DNA from: Gammaproteobacteria bacterium | Lineage (GTDB): Bacteria > Pseudomonadota > Gammaproteobacteria > Ga0077536 | Reading direction: 5' to 3' | Length of the DNA stretch: 64,000 bases | Assembly (NCBI GenBank): GCA_050186725.1 | Contig: JBFWYG010000007.1 | Span: 732 to 64,731, forward strand | In this document: one piece after another, positions 1 through 9,561 of the stretch | How the letters are laid out: each line of letters opens with the position of its first letter | Position numbering within the stretch: the stretch's first letter is position 1 | Made by a program: the position numbers and the translations under genes | The notes under the pieces: generated by a model | The model's database searches: none | What the model saw: the letters and a program-made list of their open reading frames with translations, nothing else | What the model was told of the DNA's origin: nothing

Positions 1-434
1 TCGTCTTCGGTGAGCAGTCGCTCGACGATGCGGATGCCTTCGCGCGTGCGCATGCCGCGCTCGCTGCGGTTCATGTTGAAGGTCTCGAATTCGTAGTGGG
101 CGTAGCCCTGGCCGACGCCGAGATCGAAGCGGCCGTTGGACAGGATGTCGACGTTGGCCACTTCCTCGGCCAGCAGCAGTGGATGCTGGAAGGGCAGGAT
201 GATGATGAAGGTGCCGATGCGGATGGTCGAGGTGCGCATCGCGACCGCCGCGGCGGTCGTCATCAGCGACGGGTTGTAGCCGTCTTCCGTGAAGTGATGC
301 TCGGTCAGCCAGATGTTGTCGTAGCCGAGTTCCTCGCCGCGCTTGATCTGTTTCAGGATCTGCTCGTAAAAGGCCGGAAAGGGCCGGCGCCACTGCACCG
401 GGTTGCGAAAGTCTTCCATAAAGCCAAAGCGCAT
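1..434 (-). CDS. LLM-class (luciferase-like) flavin-dependent oxidoreductase, partial (3' end lies beyond window start)
   Basis: The reverse complement from ATG at ~432-434 translates MRFGFMEDFRNPVQWRRPFPAFYEQILKQIKRGEELGYDNIWLTEHHFTEDGYNPS...IGTFIIILPFQHPLLLAEEVANVDILSNGRFDLGVGQGY. This is the typical luciferase-like monooxygenase N-terminus. The ORF runs off the window edge, so it is absent from the track. Confidence 0.7.
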   Translation of the reverse strand, partial: MRFGFMEDFRNPVQWRRPFPAFYEQILKQIKRGEELGYDNIWLTEHHFTEDGYNPSLMTTAAAVAMRTSTIRIGTFIIILPFQHPLLLAEEVANVDILSNGRFDLGVGQGYAHYEFETFNMNRSERGMRTREGIRIVERLLTED

Positions 435-570
435 GGTGATCTCCCCTGGGATGGCGGGCGTTGGTCGAGGCTCGCATTGTCCGGCCGCCTCACGACGAGC
501 GGCAAGGCTGACCGAAAGGGGAGGGTAAGGGCGGCGCGCGACGGGCCGCCCCGGGCCACCAGGGCCGCGC

Positions 571-1737
571 TCAGAACGAGCGCGGCAGGCCGAGCACGCG
601 CTCGCCGATGAAGTTCAGGATCATTTCGCGACTGACCGGGGCGATGCGCGGAATCATCATTTCGCGGAAGTAGCGCTCGACGTGGTACTCCTTGGCGTAG
701 CCCATGCCGCCGTGGGTCAGCACCGCGGTCTCGCAGGCGCGAAAGCCCGCTTCGGCCGCCAGGTACTTGGCGGCGTTGGCCTGTGCGCCGCACTCCTCGC
801 CACGGTCGTAGCGGTTCGCCGCGTCGAACACCATGAGATTGGCGGCTTCGAGTTCCATCCAGTTGCGCGCGAGCGGATGCTGGATGCCCTGGTTCATGCC
901 TATCGGACGGCCGAACACCGAGCGCTCGTTGGCGTAGTCGACGGCGCGCTTCAATGCCGCGCGGCCGAGCCCGATGGCCTCGGCCGCGAGCAGCACGCGC
1001 TCGGGATTCAGCCCATGCAGGATGTAGTAGAAGCCCTTGCCTTCCTCGCCGATGAGATCCTCGCGCGGCACCGGCATGCCGTCGTAGAACACCGCGTTGG
1101 AATCCACCGCCGCGCGGCCCATCTTCGGGATCTCGCGCACCTCGGCGTATTCACGGTTCAGGTCGGTGTAGAACAAGGACAGGCCGTCGGTCTTCTTCTT
1201 GACCTGGTCGCGCGCGGTGGTGCGCGCCAGCAGCAGCACCTTGTTGGCGCGCTGCGCCATGGAGGTCCAGTGCTTCTGGCCGTGGATCAGGTAGCCGTCG
1301 CCGTGACGCTCGGCGCGCACCTGCAGGCTGGTGGTGTCGAGACCGGCGTTGGGCTCGGTGACGCCGAAGCAGGCGGATTCCTCGCCGCGCAACAGCGGCG
1401 GCAGCATGCGGCGCTTCTGTTCTTCGGTGCCGAACACGACCACCGGGTTCAGGCCGAAGATGTTCAGATGAATCGCCGAGGCGCCGCTCATGCCGGCGCC
1501 GGACTCGGCCACGGCTTGCATCATGATGGCGGCCTCGGTGATGCCGAGCCCGCTGCCGCCGTATTCCTCCGGCATGGCGATGCCGAACCAGCCGGCCTCG
1601 CGGATCGCGGCGGTGAATTCCTCGGGAAAGCGATGGGCCTCGTCGCACTTCAGCCAGTACTCGGCGTCGAAATCTGCGCACAGCTTGGTGATGGCATCGC
1701 GGATGGCGAGCTGTTCGTCGGAAAAACGGAAGTCCAT
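571..1737 (-). CDS. acyl-CoA dehydrogenase family protein
   Basis: Track ORF 571..2004; internal Met (MDFRFSDEQLAIRD...) is the likely start. ACAD hallmarks GVTEPNAGLD, HGQKHWTS and the C-terminal GGMGYAKEYHVERYFRE are present. The 90-aa N-terminal extension is Arg/Ala-rich artifact. Confidence 0.85.
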   Translation of the reverse strand: MDFRFSDEQLAIRDAITKLCADFDAEYWLKCDEAHRFPEEFTAAIREAGWFGIAMPEEYGGSGLGITEAAIMMQAVAESGAGMSGASAIHLNIFGLNPVVVFGTEEQKRRMLPPLLRGEESACFGVTEPNAGLDTTSLQVRAERHGDGYLIHGQKHWTSMAQRANKVLLLARTTARDQVKKKTDGLSLFYTDLNREYAEVREIPKMGRAAVDSNAVFYDGMPVPREDLIGEEGKGFYYILHGLNPERVLLAAEAIGLGRAALKRAVDYANERSVFGRPIGMNQGIQHPLARNWMELEAANLMVFDAANRYDRGEECGAQANAAKYLAAEAGFRACETAVLTHGGMGYAKEYHVERYFREMMIPRIAPVSREMILNFIGERVLGLPRSF

Positions 1738-2002
1738 GGTCGAGTCCTCGTGCATGAAAGGCCGCGCCGCCGCGGCGGCTGGCGGCGGTCGCTTGGCAGG
1801 CTCTTGATGCAGCCATAATATCGCCCCTTCAGCGTGCGCGGCCACGCGCCCGCGACGCACTCGCGGACCCTCGCCGCCCGCCCGCGCAGCGCTCACCCTT
1901 ACGCCCGCAGCCTGGAGCCCGAGCCATGTCCGTGTGTCGTCGTCACCCGTCCCGCGCGCCCACCCGGCGCCGCGCTGCCGACCTGGGCATCTGAGCCGCG
2001 CC

Positions 2003-3004
2003 ATGGCCGACTACCTTCTCACACAAGCCGACGAGTTTCCGCACACGCCGAGCGCGGAGCGGCATTTCAACGAGTCTGTCTACGTCAACGCCTTCGACCA
2101 TCGCAGCGGCATGGGCGGCTGGCTCAGGCTCGGCAATCGCGCCAACGAAGGCTATGCCGAACTCGCGGTGTGCCTGTTCCTGCCCGACGGGCGCATCGCC
2201 TGCCAGTTCCAGCGCCCGTCGATCGCCGACAACGCGCGCTTCGAGGCGGGCGGCATGCGCTACAGCGTCGACGACCCCCATCGCCAGGTGACCATGCGCT
2301 ACGCGGGCGAAGTGCTGCTGGTGGAGGACCGCGCCTGGCTGCGCGATCCGCGTCAGCTCTTCGAGCGCGCGCCGCGCGCGCACTGTGAGCTCGAGTGGCG
2401 CCATCGAGGGTGTTCGCCGATCCACGGCGGTCTGCCGGCGACGGCGGACCAGCAGACCATGTTCGGGCGCGATTTCTCCCTCGGGCACTTCAACCAGCAC
2501 ACGGTGGTGAGTTCGCGCCTGCGCATCGGCGCGGAGAGCTACGACTTCGAGGGCTTCGGCTGGCGCGACCATTCCTGGGGACCGCGCCTGTGGCAGAACA
2601 TCCTGTTCGACCGCGGCTTCTACGTGAGCTTCGGCGCGGATCGCGGCTTCACCCTGCTCAAGATCGCGAACCGCGACGGCGTGGTGCGCCGCGCCGGCGT
2701 GCTGTTCGTGGACGGCGCCTACGAGGCCATCACCGATCTGGACGTGTTCACCGAGTGGGACGCGCACAAGGATCCGGTCGCCGTCACCCTGACCGCGCGC
2801 AGCGCCAGCCACAGCGCGGTGATCCACGGTCGTGTGCTGAACTGCGCGCCGCTCAGCAATCGGCGCAAGATCGGGGATGAAGTCCTGCATTCGCGCATCG
2901 CCGAGGCCGCGACCGAGTTCGAGTGGGACGGCCGCCGCGGCTACGGCATGACCGAATACGTCGAGCGCCTGGTGGACGGCGAGCCCGTCGCCTGGCCGCT
3001 CTGA
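2003..3004 (+). CDS. conserved hypothetical protein (tandem paralog A; FNESVYVN / SWGPR / NRRK motifs)
   Basis: Track ORF 1934..3004, start set at MADYLL. About 55-60% identical to the next gene, which strongly supports real coding. I recognise no characterised family. Confidence 0.6.
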   Translation: MADYLLTQADEFPHTPSAERHFNESVYVNAFDHRSGMGGWLRLGNRANEGYAELAVCLFLPDGRIACQFQRPSIADNARFEAGGMRYSVDDPHRQVTMRYAGEVLLVEDRAWLRDPRQLFERAPRAHCELEWRHRGCSPIHGGLPATADQQTMFGRDFSLGHFNQHTVVSSRLRIGAESYDFEGFGWRDHSWGPRLWQNILFDRGFYVSFGADRGFTLLKIANRDGVVRRAGVLFVDGAYEAITDLDVFTEWDAHKDPVAVTLTARSASHSAVIHGRVLNCAPLSNRRKIGDEVLHSRIAEAATEFEWDGRRGYGMTEYVERLVDGEPVAWPL

Positions 3005-3033
3005 ACGCCGCAATTTTCGCGAGGACAGTTTCG

Positions 3034-4035
3034 ATGGATGCCTTTCGCCTCACGCCCCAGGACGAGTATCCGCATCGTCCGACTTCCGATCAGAACTTCA
3101 ACGAGTCGGTCTACGTCAACGGCTTCGATCCCGCGACGCGCTCGGGCGGCTGGATGCGCATCGGCAACCGTGTGAATGAAGGCCACGCCGAGGCGCAGGT
3201 CTGCCTCTACCTGCCGGACGGTCGCCTCGCGGTGCAGTTCCAGCGGCCGGAGATCGCGCACAACGATGCCTTCGCGGCCGGCGGCTTGAGCTACACCGTG
3301 CACGAGCCCTACAAGCACGTCAGCATGCGCTACGAGGGTGATCTCCTGGTGCTGGACGACCCGTCGCTCCTGCGCGATGCGCGCCGCCTGTTCGCCGAGG
3401 CGCCGCGCACGCCGGGCGAGGTGGAGTTCGACCTGACCGGCGTGTCGCCCATGCACGGCGGCGAGCCGACCACCGACACCCAGGAGACCATGTACGGGCG
3501 GGACTTCTCGTTCGGCCACTTCAATCAGCACACCCGCACCCGCGGACGCATGAAGATTGGCAGCGAGACCTTCGAGTTCGACAGCTTCGGCTGGCGTGAC
3601 CATTCCTGGGGGCCGCGCTACTGGACCAACATCTACTTCTACCGGCTGTTCGTCGCCAACTTCGGCGCGGATCGCGCCCTCATGCTGCTCAAGATCACCG
3701 ACCGGCAGGGCGTGACGCGGCGCGTCGGCGTGCTGCAGTACGACGGCGACTACGAGGACATCACCGACCTCGACCTCTACACCGAGTGGACGCCGGCCAA
3801 GGACCCACGCGCCATGCGGCTCGGCGTGCGCACCGCGAAGCGCGCGGTGCAGATCCAAGGCGAAGTGATCGCGCTCGCGCCGCTCAGCAACCGCCGCAAG
3901 GTGGGCGAACAATGGCTCACCTCGCGCATCGCCGAGGGGCTCACGATGTGGACCTGGGACGACCGCCAGGGCATCGGCGTCACCGAGTACATCGAGCAGG
4001 TGAACGACGGCCAGCCGGTAGGCTGGCCGCTGTAA
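3034..4035 (+). CDS. conserved hypothetical protein (tandem paralog B)
   Basis: Track ORF 2923..4035, start at MDAFRL (ATG 3034). It shares FNESVYVNxFD, GHFNQHT, GWRDHSWGPR and APLSNRRK(I/V)G blocks with paralog A. Confidence 0.6.
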   Translation: MDAFRLTPQDEYPHRPTSDQNFNESVYVNGFDPATRSGGWMRIGNRVNEGHAEAQVCLYLPDGRLAVQFQRPEIAHNDAFAAGGLSYTVHEPYKHVSMRYEGDLLVLDDPSLLRDARRLFAEAPRTPGEVEFDLTGVSPMHGGEPTTDTQETMYGRDFSFGHFNQHTRTRGRMKIGSETFEFDSFGWRDHSWGPRYWTNIYFYRLFVANFGADRALMLLKITDRQGVTRRVGVLQYDGDYEDITDLDLYTEWTPAKDPRAMRLGVRTAKRAVQIQGEVIALAPLSNRRKVGEQWLTSRIAEGLTMWTWDDRQGIGVTEYIEQVNDGQPVGWPL

Positions 4036-4039
4036 GCGC

Positions 4040-5071
4040 ATGAGCGCAGCACTAGAGGACGAGGGTCCGCCGAGCGACCTCGAGGTCATCGTCGCGCGGC
4101 TCGGGGACGCGCTGCGACGCCGCTTCGGTGGCGCCTCGGACATCGCCGAGGTGGATGTCGCGACCGTCGGCGGCATCAACCGCACGGTGCTCTTCGACCA
4201 CGTCGACGGCGCCGCGCGCCGGCGCCTGGTGCTGCGCCAGGAGACCTACACCACCGAGTTCTCGCCCTTCCTCGCGCCCGAGATCCAGTGGCCGCTGCTG
4301 CAGGTCTGCGCGCGCCACGGCCTGCCGGTGCCCGAGCCGGTGTTCGCGCTGACACCCGAGGACCGCCTGGGGCGGGGCTACGTGGTCGGCTTCGTCGCGG
4401 GCGAGACCCTGCCGAAGAGATTGCTGACCGCGCCCGAGTTCGCGCCGGCGCGCGCGGTCTTCACCCGCCAGGCGGGCGAGACCCTGGCCCGGCTGCACGC
4501 CATCGACCCGGCCGAAGTGCCGATGCTGAACGAGGTGCCGGACAGCATCGATGCGCTCGGCGCGCAGCGCGCGGCCTACGAGATCTACGGCGAGCCGCAC
4601 CCGGTGCTGGAGTACGCCTTTCGCTGGCTCGAGCGGCACCAGCCGCCGGCCGCGCCGAAAGTCTTCATCCACGGCGATTTCCGCACCGGCAACATGCTAG
4701 TCGACCCGCACAAGGGCCTGATGGCGCTGCTCGACTGGGAGTGCTCGCGACTCTCCGCGCCGGAGGACGAACTGGGCTGGTACTGCTCGCGCTGCTGGCG
4801 CTTCGGCTTCAACGATCGCGAAGCCGGCGGCTTCGACACGCGCGACGCGATGATCGCCGCCTACGAGGCCGCCGGCGGACGGCGCATCGACCGCGAGGCG
4901 CTGCGCTGGTGGGAGATCTTCGCCCACCTGCGCTGGGCGCTGTACAACATCATGCAGGTGTGGGGGCACGTGAAGTGCGGGCGACGCGCGCCGGCCTTCG
5001 CGCTGTTCGGCCGTAACACCGCCTACATCGAATACGACCTGCTCATGACCCTCATGGGCCGCTACGCTTAA
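4040..5071 (+). CDS. phosphotransferase family protein (APH/ChoK-like kinase fold; LvaA-like)
   Basis: Brenner motif HGDFRTGNML and LDWE are present, at 343 aa. Its genomic context with a small protein, ACAD and SDR matches lvaA of the P. putida levulinate operon. Confidence 0.8.
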   Translation: MSAALEDEGPPSDLEVIVARLGDALRRRFGGASDIAEVDVATVGGINRTVLFDHVDGAARRRLVLRQETYTTEFSPFLAPEIQWPLLQVCARHGLPVPEPVFALTPEDRLGRGYVVGFVAGETLPKRLLTAPEFAPARAVFTRQAGETLARLHAIDPAEVPMLNEVPDSIDALGAQRAAYEIYGEPHPVLEYAFRWLERHQPPAAPKVFIHGDFRTGNMLVDPHKGLMALLDWECSRLSAPEDELGWYCSRCWRFGFNDREAGGFDTRDAMIAAYEAAGGRRIDREALRWWEIFAHLRWALYNIMQVWGHVKCGRRAPAFALFGRNTAYIEYDLLMTLMGRYA

Positions 5072-5080
5072 GCACGCGCC

Positions 5081-5455
5081 ATGGCCCACGACACGCCCGA
5101 CCTCGCCGAAATCCTGCGCTCGGTCCACGAGTTCATCCGTGACCTGCAGCCGCGTCTCGGCGGCATGGACCGCTACCAGGCGCTGTGCGCGCAGATGCTG
5201 CTGGAGATAGCGCTGCGCGAACTGCCGGAATGGCAGCCGCTTGAGACCGCCGACGACGCGCGCCTGCGCGCGCTCTGCGAGGTCGGGCCCGAGGCGCCGC
5301 GCGAGGCGCTCGCGGCGCGGCTCGCCGCGCGCATCGCGGCCGGTGAGTTCGATGAGCGTCTGGACGAACTGGCCGACGACCTGCTGCAGCACGTGATCGC
5401 CAAGGTGCGGGTCAGCCGACCGAAGCACCTCGAGCCCGAACACCGCGCCGACTGA
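5081..5455 (+). CDS. small DUF6285-like protein (LvaB-like kinase partner)
   Basis: 124 aa, immediately downstream of the kinase. A paralog lies at 9562..9942 in the same relative position. Confidence 0.6.
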   Translation: MAHDTPDLAEILRSVHEFIRDLQPRLGGMDRYQALCAQMLLEIALRELPEWQPLETADDARLRALCEVGPEAPREALAARLAARIAAGEFDERLDELADDLLQHVIAKVRVSRPKHLEPEHRAD

Positions 5456-5486
5456 GCCTTCCAACCTTCTTCGACAGGACACTGCC

Positions 5487-6260
5487 ATGCCCGAGCAAGT
5501 CATCGCCTTCAGCGTCGCCGACGGGATCGCGCGCATCGTCATCGACGACGCCGCGCGCCACAACGTGGTCGGCGCGCAGTTCACCAAGGAATTCGCCCGC
5601 GCCGCCATCGCCTGCGAAGGGCGCGAGGACGTGCGCGTGGTGTTGCTGACCGCGGCCGGCCGGGAGTTCTCGGTCGGCGGCGATTTGAACGAGTTTCTCG
5701 CCGTGCGCGACCGGCTGCGCGCGCACATCCGCGAGATGGCGACCTATTTCCACCTCGGCATCACGGTGCTGAACCGCCTGCCGGTACCGGTGGTGTGCGC
5801 GGTCAACGGGCTCGCCGCCGGTGGCGGCATGAGCCTCGCGATGATGGCCGACATGACCATCGCCACGCGCTCGGCGAAGTTCACCCTGGCCTATACCCGC
5901 TCGGGCCTGACCCCGGACGGCGGCGGCAGCTGGTTCCTGCCGCGGCTGGTGGGCGCGCAGCGCGCCTTCGACATCATGGCCACCAATCCGACCTTGAGCG
6001 CGGAGGAGGCCTGCCAGCTCGGACTCATCGCGCGGGTGGCGGACGACGACAAGTTCCAGGCCGAGACCGAGAAGCTGCTGCGTCAGCTCGCCGACGCCCC
6101 CTCGGGCTCGGTGCAGCGCGCCAAGCGCCTGCTGCGCGCGGCGCTGTCCGATACGCTCGAACAGCATCTCGAACTCGAGTCGCAGAACATCGCCGAGATT
6201 GCCGCGACCCCGACCACCATCGCTACCCTGGAGGCGTTCTTCGCCGCCAGGAAGAAGTGA
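5487..6260 (+). CDS. enoyl-CoA hydratase/isomerase family protein
   Basis: Crotonase-fold motifs are present (FSVGGDLNEF; AVNGLAAGGGMSLAMMADM). 257 aa. Confidence 0.85.
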   Translation: MPEQVIAFSVADGIARIVIDDAARHNVVGAQFTKEFARAAIACEGREDVRVVLLTAAGREFSVGGDLNEFLAVRDRLRAHIREMATYFHLGITVLNRLPVPVVCAVNGLAAGGGMSLAMMADMTIATRSAKFTLAYTRSGLTPDGGGSWFLPRLVGAQRAFDIMATNPTLSAEEACQLGLIARVADDDKFQAETEKLLRQLADAPSGSVQRAKRLLRAALSDTLEQHLELESQNIAEIAATPTTIATLEAFFAARKK

Positions 6261-6281
6261 GCGGGGGGGACAGCGCGAGCG

Positions 6282-6365
6282 CAATCGGGGACAGACCACG
6301 GTTTCGCGCAAGTGTGGTCGGGGACTGAGCGCGTTTCTCGCGAAACCGTGGTCTGTCCCCGATTG
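6282..6365. repeat. 27-bp perfect inverted repeat (CAATCGGGGACAGACCACGGTTTCGCG / CGCGAAACCGTGGTCTGTCCCCGATTG) separated by 30-bp spacer
   Basis: Read directly from the sequence at 6282-6308 and 6339-6365. GGGGACAG/GTCCCC sub-repeats flank it, and a G7 run lies at about 6263-6269. It sits in the 194-bp gap between the hydratase and the ACAD. Confidence 0.85.
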
Positions 6366-6453
6366 GACCCCGCGTGGACATCCGCGCCCCGATTACTTAT
6401 CGTCCGCCGCATTCCGCGCCGCGGCGCCGCCTGTTTTCCATGGAGACCTTCGC

Positions 6454-7626
6454 ATGACCACCAATGCCTTCGACCTGAGTCCCGACCAGCGCACGATGCT
6501 GGACGAGGCGGACAAGTTCGCGAAGAACGAGCTCTACCCGCTCGCCACGCGCATGGACAACGAAGAGTGGTGGCCGGAACACGCCTTCCCGATGATCGGC
6601 GAGGCCGGCTACTTCGGCCTGACGGTGCCGGAGGAGTACGGCGGCCAGGGGCTCGACTTCTTCACCAGCGGCCTGGTGTCGCAGGCCTTCGGACGCTGGA
6701 ACTACGCGCTCGCGCTGTCCTGGATCGCGCACGAGAACCTGTGCCTGAACAACATCTATCGCAATGCGAACGAGGATCAGCGCCGCCGCTACCTGCCGGG
6801 CCTGTGCTCCGGCAAGAAGATCGGCGCGCTGGGTCTCACCGAGCCCGGTGCCGGCTCCGACGCGCTGGGCTCGATGGCCACCACCGCGCGCAAGGTCGGC
6901 GACAAGTACCTGCTGAACGGCCGCAAGATCTACATCACCAACGGCCCCGTCGCCGACGTGCTGCTGGTCTACGCCAAGACCGCGCCGGAGAAGGGTGCGC
7001 ACGGCATCTCGGCCTTCATCGTCGAGAAGGACTTCAAGGGCTTCGCCGTCGCGCAGAAGCTGATCAAGATGGGCTTCCGCGGCAGCCAGACCGGCGAACT
7101 GGTGTTCGACGACTGCGAGGTGCCGGCCGAGAACCTGGTGGGCAAGGAGAACGAGGGCGTGGCGGTGGTGATGAGCGGGCTCGACCTCGAGCGCGCGGTC
7201 ATCTCGCCGATCTGCGTCGGCATGGCCGAGCGCGCGCTGGAACTCACCATCCAGTACGCCAAGGACCGCAAGCAGTTCGGCAAGCCGATCGCCGAGTTCC
7301 AGATGATCCAGTCGAAGATCGCCGACATGTACGTGTGGGTCGAGGCGATGAAGGCGCTGAACTTCAAGGTACTGGCCGAGGCCAACGATCTCGAGGTGGG
7401 CGGCGGTGGCCGCGGCATGATCCACGCCCAGACCGCGGCCTCGATCATGTACACCGCCAACATGCTGAACCGCGTGCTGGACGAGGCCGTGCAGGTGCAC
7501 GGCGGCTTCGGCTACATGTGGGAGTCCGAGGTCAATCGTCTCTACCGCGGCAACAAGCTGCTGGAAATCGGCGCCGGCACCACCGAAGTGCGCAAGATGA
7601 TCATCAGCCGCGAACTGCTGAAGTAG
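6454..7626 (+). CDS. acyl-CoA dehydrogenase (isovaleryl-CoA-DH-like; LvaC-like)
   Basis: Start at MTTNAFDLSPDQR (ATG 6454) within track ORF 6199..7626. Motifs GLTEPGAGSD, YITNGP, GGFGYMWESEVNRLYR and the catalytic-Glu region LEIGAGTTEV are present. Confidence 0.85.
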   Translation: MTTNAFDLSPDQRTMLDEADKFAKNELYPLATRMDNEEWWPEHAFPMIGEAGYFGLTVPEEYGGQGLDFFTSGLVSQAFGRWNYALALSWIAHENLCLNNIYRNANEDQRRRYLPGLCSGKKIGALGLTEPGAGSDALGSMATTARKVGDKYLLNGRKIYITNGPVADVLLVYAKTAPEKGAHGISAFIVEKDFKGFAVAQKLIKMGFRGSQTGELVFDDCEVPAENLVGKENEGVAVVMSGLDLERAVISPICVGMAERALELTIQYAKDRKQFGKPIAEFQMIQSKIADMYVWVEAMKALNFKVLAEANDLEVGGGGRGMIHAQTAASIMYTANMLNRVLDEAVQVHGGFGYMWESEVNRLYRGNKLLEIGAGTTEVRKMIISRELLK

Positions 7627-7631
7627 GCGCC

Positions 7632-8516
7632 GTGCATCCGCCGGTCGCCATCCCCCGCGGCAACGAGGACCTCGCCACCTGGCCGACGGTGTTCGCCGCG
7701 GGCATCCTCGCCGGTCAGACCGTGCTGGTCTCCGGCGCCGGCAGCGGCATGGGCCGCGCCACCGCCTGGCTCGCCGCGCGGCTCGGCGCGCGGGTGATCC
7801 TGGCCGGCCGCACCGAGGCCAAGCTCGCAGCGGTGGCCGACGCGATCAACGCTCGCGGTCTGGACGCCCATACCCAGGTGGTGGACATCCGCCAGCGCGA
7901 ATCGGTGGACGCGGCCTACGCCGCCATCGGCACGCGCTTCGGTGCGATCGACCTGCTGGTCAACAGCGCCGGCGGGCAGTTCCCGCAGGCGTCCATCGAC
8001 TACAGCGAGAAGGGCTGGCAGGCGGTGGTGAACACCAACCTGAACGGCACCTGGCACATGATGCACGTCGCAGCCCAAGCCTGGCGCGAGGCCGGCAAGG
8101 GTGGCGCCATCGTCAACATCGTGGTGGTGAACCAGGGCCTGTACGGCGTTGCCCACACCTCGGCCGCGCGCGCCGGCGTCATCGCGTTCTCCAACAAGGC
8201 AGCGGTGGAATGGGCGCCCTTCGGCATCCGCGTCAACTGCATCGCACCGGGGGCGATCGAGACCGAGGGCTGGGCGGTCTATTCCGAGACCACCCGCGCG
8301 CGCTACCCGCGCACCAACCCGATGATGCGCGCCGGTTCGCCGTGGGAAATCGCCGAGGCCTGCGTGTTCCTGGGTGGCCCCGGCGGCCGCTTCATCAACG
8401 GTGTGACACTGGAAGTGGACGGCGGCGGTCAGCACTGGGGCGAGATCTGGACCACCGGCAAGCCGGCCTACTACGCGGCCGCCACGCGCCTGTGGGACGA
8501 CGCGCCGGAAGACTGA
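7632..8516 (+). CDS. SDR family oxidoreductase (LvaD-like position)
   Basis: The GTG start lies 5 nt after the ACAD stop. A Gly-rich NAD(P) motif (VSGAGSGMGRA) and the catalytic Y-x3-K region are present, and the C-terminal region resembles PhaB/FabG. Confidence 0.8.
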   Translation: MHPPVAIPRGNEDLATWPTVFAAGILAGQTVLVSGAGSGMGRATAWLAARLGARVILAGRTEAKLAAVADAINARGLDAHTQVVDIRQRESVDAAYAAIGTRFGAIDLLVNSAGGQFPQASIDYSEKGWQAVVNTNLNGTWHMMHVAAQAWREAGKGGAIVNIVVVNQGLYGVAHTSAARAGVIAFSNKAAVEWAPFGIRVNCIAPGAIETEGWAVYSETTRARYPRTNPMMRAGSPWEIAEACVFLGGPGGRFINGVTLEVDGGGQHWGEIWTTGKPAYYAAATRLWDDAPED

Positions 8517-8527
8517 GCGCGGCCGGC

Positions 8528-9550
8528 ATGTCAGAGCAGGGTACGACCTCGACCGCGCTGCGCGAGAGCATCACCGAGGGCCTGCGCCGGGCGGTGAAGC
8601 GCCGCTTCGGCGCGGCGGCGGACATCGACGCGGTGGAGTTCACCTCGCTCGGCGGTTCCAACCGCACCGTGCTGTTCGATCTCGTCGACGGTACGGCGCG
8701 CCGCCGCCTGGTGTTCCGCCAGGAGACCATCATCCCGGCCAACTCGCCGTTTCTCGATCCCGCGCGTCAGTTCCGCGTGCTGCGCCTCCTGTACCCGGAG
8801 GGCCTGCCGCTCCCCGAGCCGATCTTCGAATTCGACCACGAGGACAGCCTGGAGCGCGCCTACGTGGTGGCCTTCGTCGAGGGCGAGACCGTGCCTCGGC
8901 GGCTGCTGGACGCGCCGCGCTACGAGCGCGCGCGGCAGCGCTTCTGCGCGCAGGCCGGCGAGTTCCTCGGACGATTGCACGCGCTCGACCCGGCGCCGGC
9001 CGCGTTTCTCGCCGAGGTGCCGGACAGTATCGACCCGCTGGCCACGACCATGGCGCGCATCGACCGCTGGGGCGGGGTGCATCCCGCGCTGGAACTCGCG
9101 GCGCGCTGGCTCGAGCGGCACCGGCCCACCTCGACGCGCCGCTGCCTGCTGCACGGCGACTTCCGCACCGGCAACATGCTGCTCGACGAAAACGGCATGC
9201 GCGCGGTGCTGGACTGGGAGTGCGCGCATCTCGGCGCGCCGGCCGAGGATCTCGGCTGGCTGTGCCTGCGTTCGTTCCGCTTCGGACACGTCGACCGACC
9301 GGTCGGCGGCTTCGGTCCACGCGAGCCGTTCTACGCCGCCTACGCATCCGCGAGCGGTCACGCAGTGGATGCCGAAGAGGTGCGCTGGTGGGAGATCTTC
9401 GGCTTCATCCGTTGGGCGCACTACAACGTCATGCAGGTCTTCGGTCACCAGACCGGCGCGCGCCGTTCGGCGGCCTTCGCCGCGTGCGGGCGCAATATCG
9501 CGCTGATCGAATACGAACTGCTGATGACCCTGGCCGGTCATTACCACTGA
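8528..9550 (+). CDS. phosphotransferase family protein (APH fold), paralog of 4040..5071
   Basis: Start at MSEQGTT. HGDFRTGNML and LDWECA are present. About 55% identical to the first kinase. Confidence 0.8.
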   Translation: MSEQGTTSTALRESITEGLRRAVKRRFGAAADIDAVEFTSLGGSNRTVLFDLVDGTARRRLVFRQETIIPANSPFLDPARQFRVLRLLYPEGLPLPEPIFEFDHEDSLERAYVVAFVEGETVPRRLLDAPRYERARQRFCAQAGEFLGRLHALDPAPAAFLAEVPDSIDPLATTMARIDRWGGVHPALELAARWLERHRPTSTRRCLLHGDFRTGNMLLDENGMRAVLDWECAHLGAPAEDLGWLCLRSFRFGHVDRPVGGFGPREPFYAAYASASGHAVDAEEVRWWEIFGFIRWAHYNVMQVFGHQTGARRSAAFAACGRNIALIEYELLMTLAGHYH

Positions 9551-9561
9551 GCGAGCTACTC

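Noticed and set aside
96-611. 171-aa plus-strand ORF at window start
   Set aside because: It is antisense to the partial LLM oxidoreductase and the 3' end of the ACAD gene, and has no recognisable domain.
1943-4185. Minus-strand ORFs 1943..3013 (356 aa) and 2941..4185 (414 aa) antisense to the tandem paralogs
   Set aside because: The plus-strand genes are supported by paralogy, with conserved blocks in both copies. The minus-strand translations are Arg/Ala/Gly-rich.
6312-8516. 734-aa plus-strand ORF overlapping the ACAD and SDR genes
   Set aside because: Its first 440 aa are an out-of-frame read-through of the ACAD gene (Arg/Pro/Gly-rich). Only the last roughly 295 aa (from GTG 7632) correspond to the real SDR.
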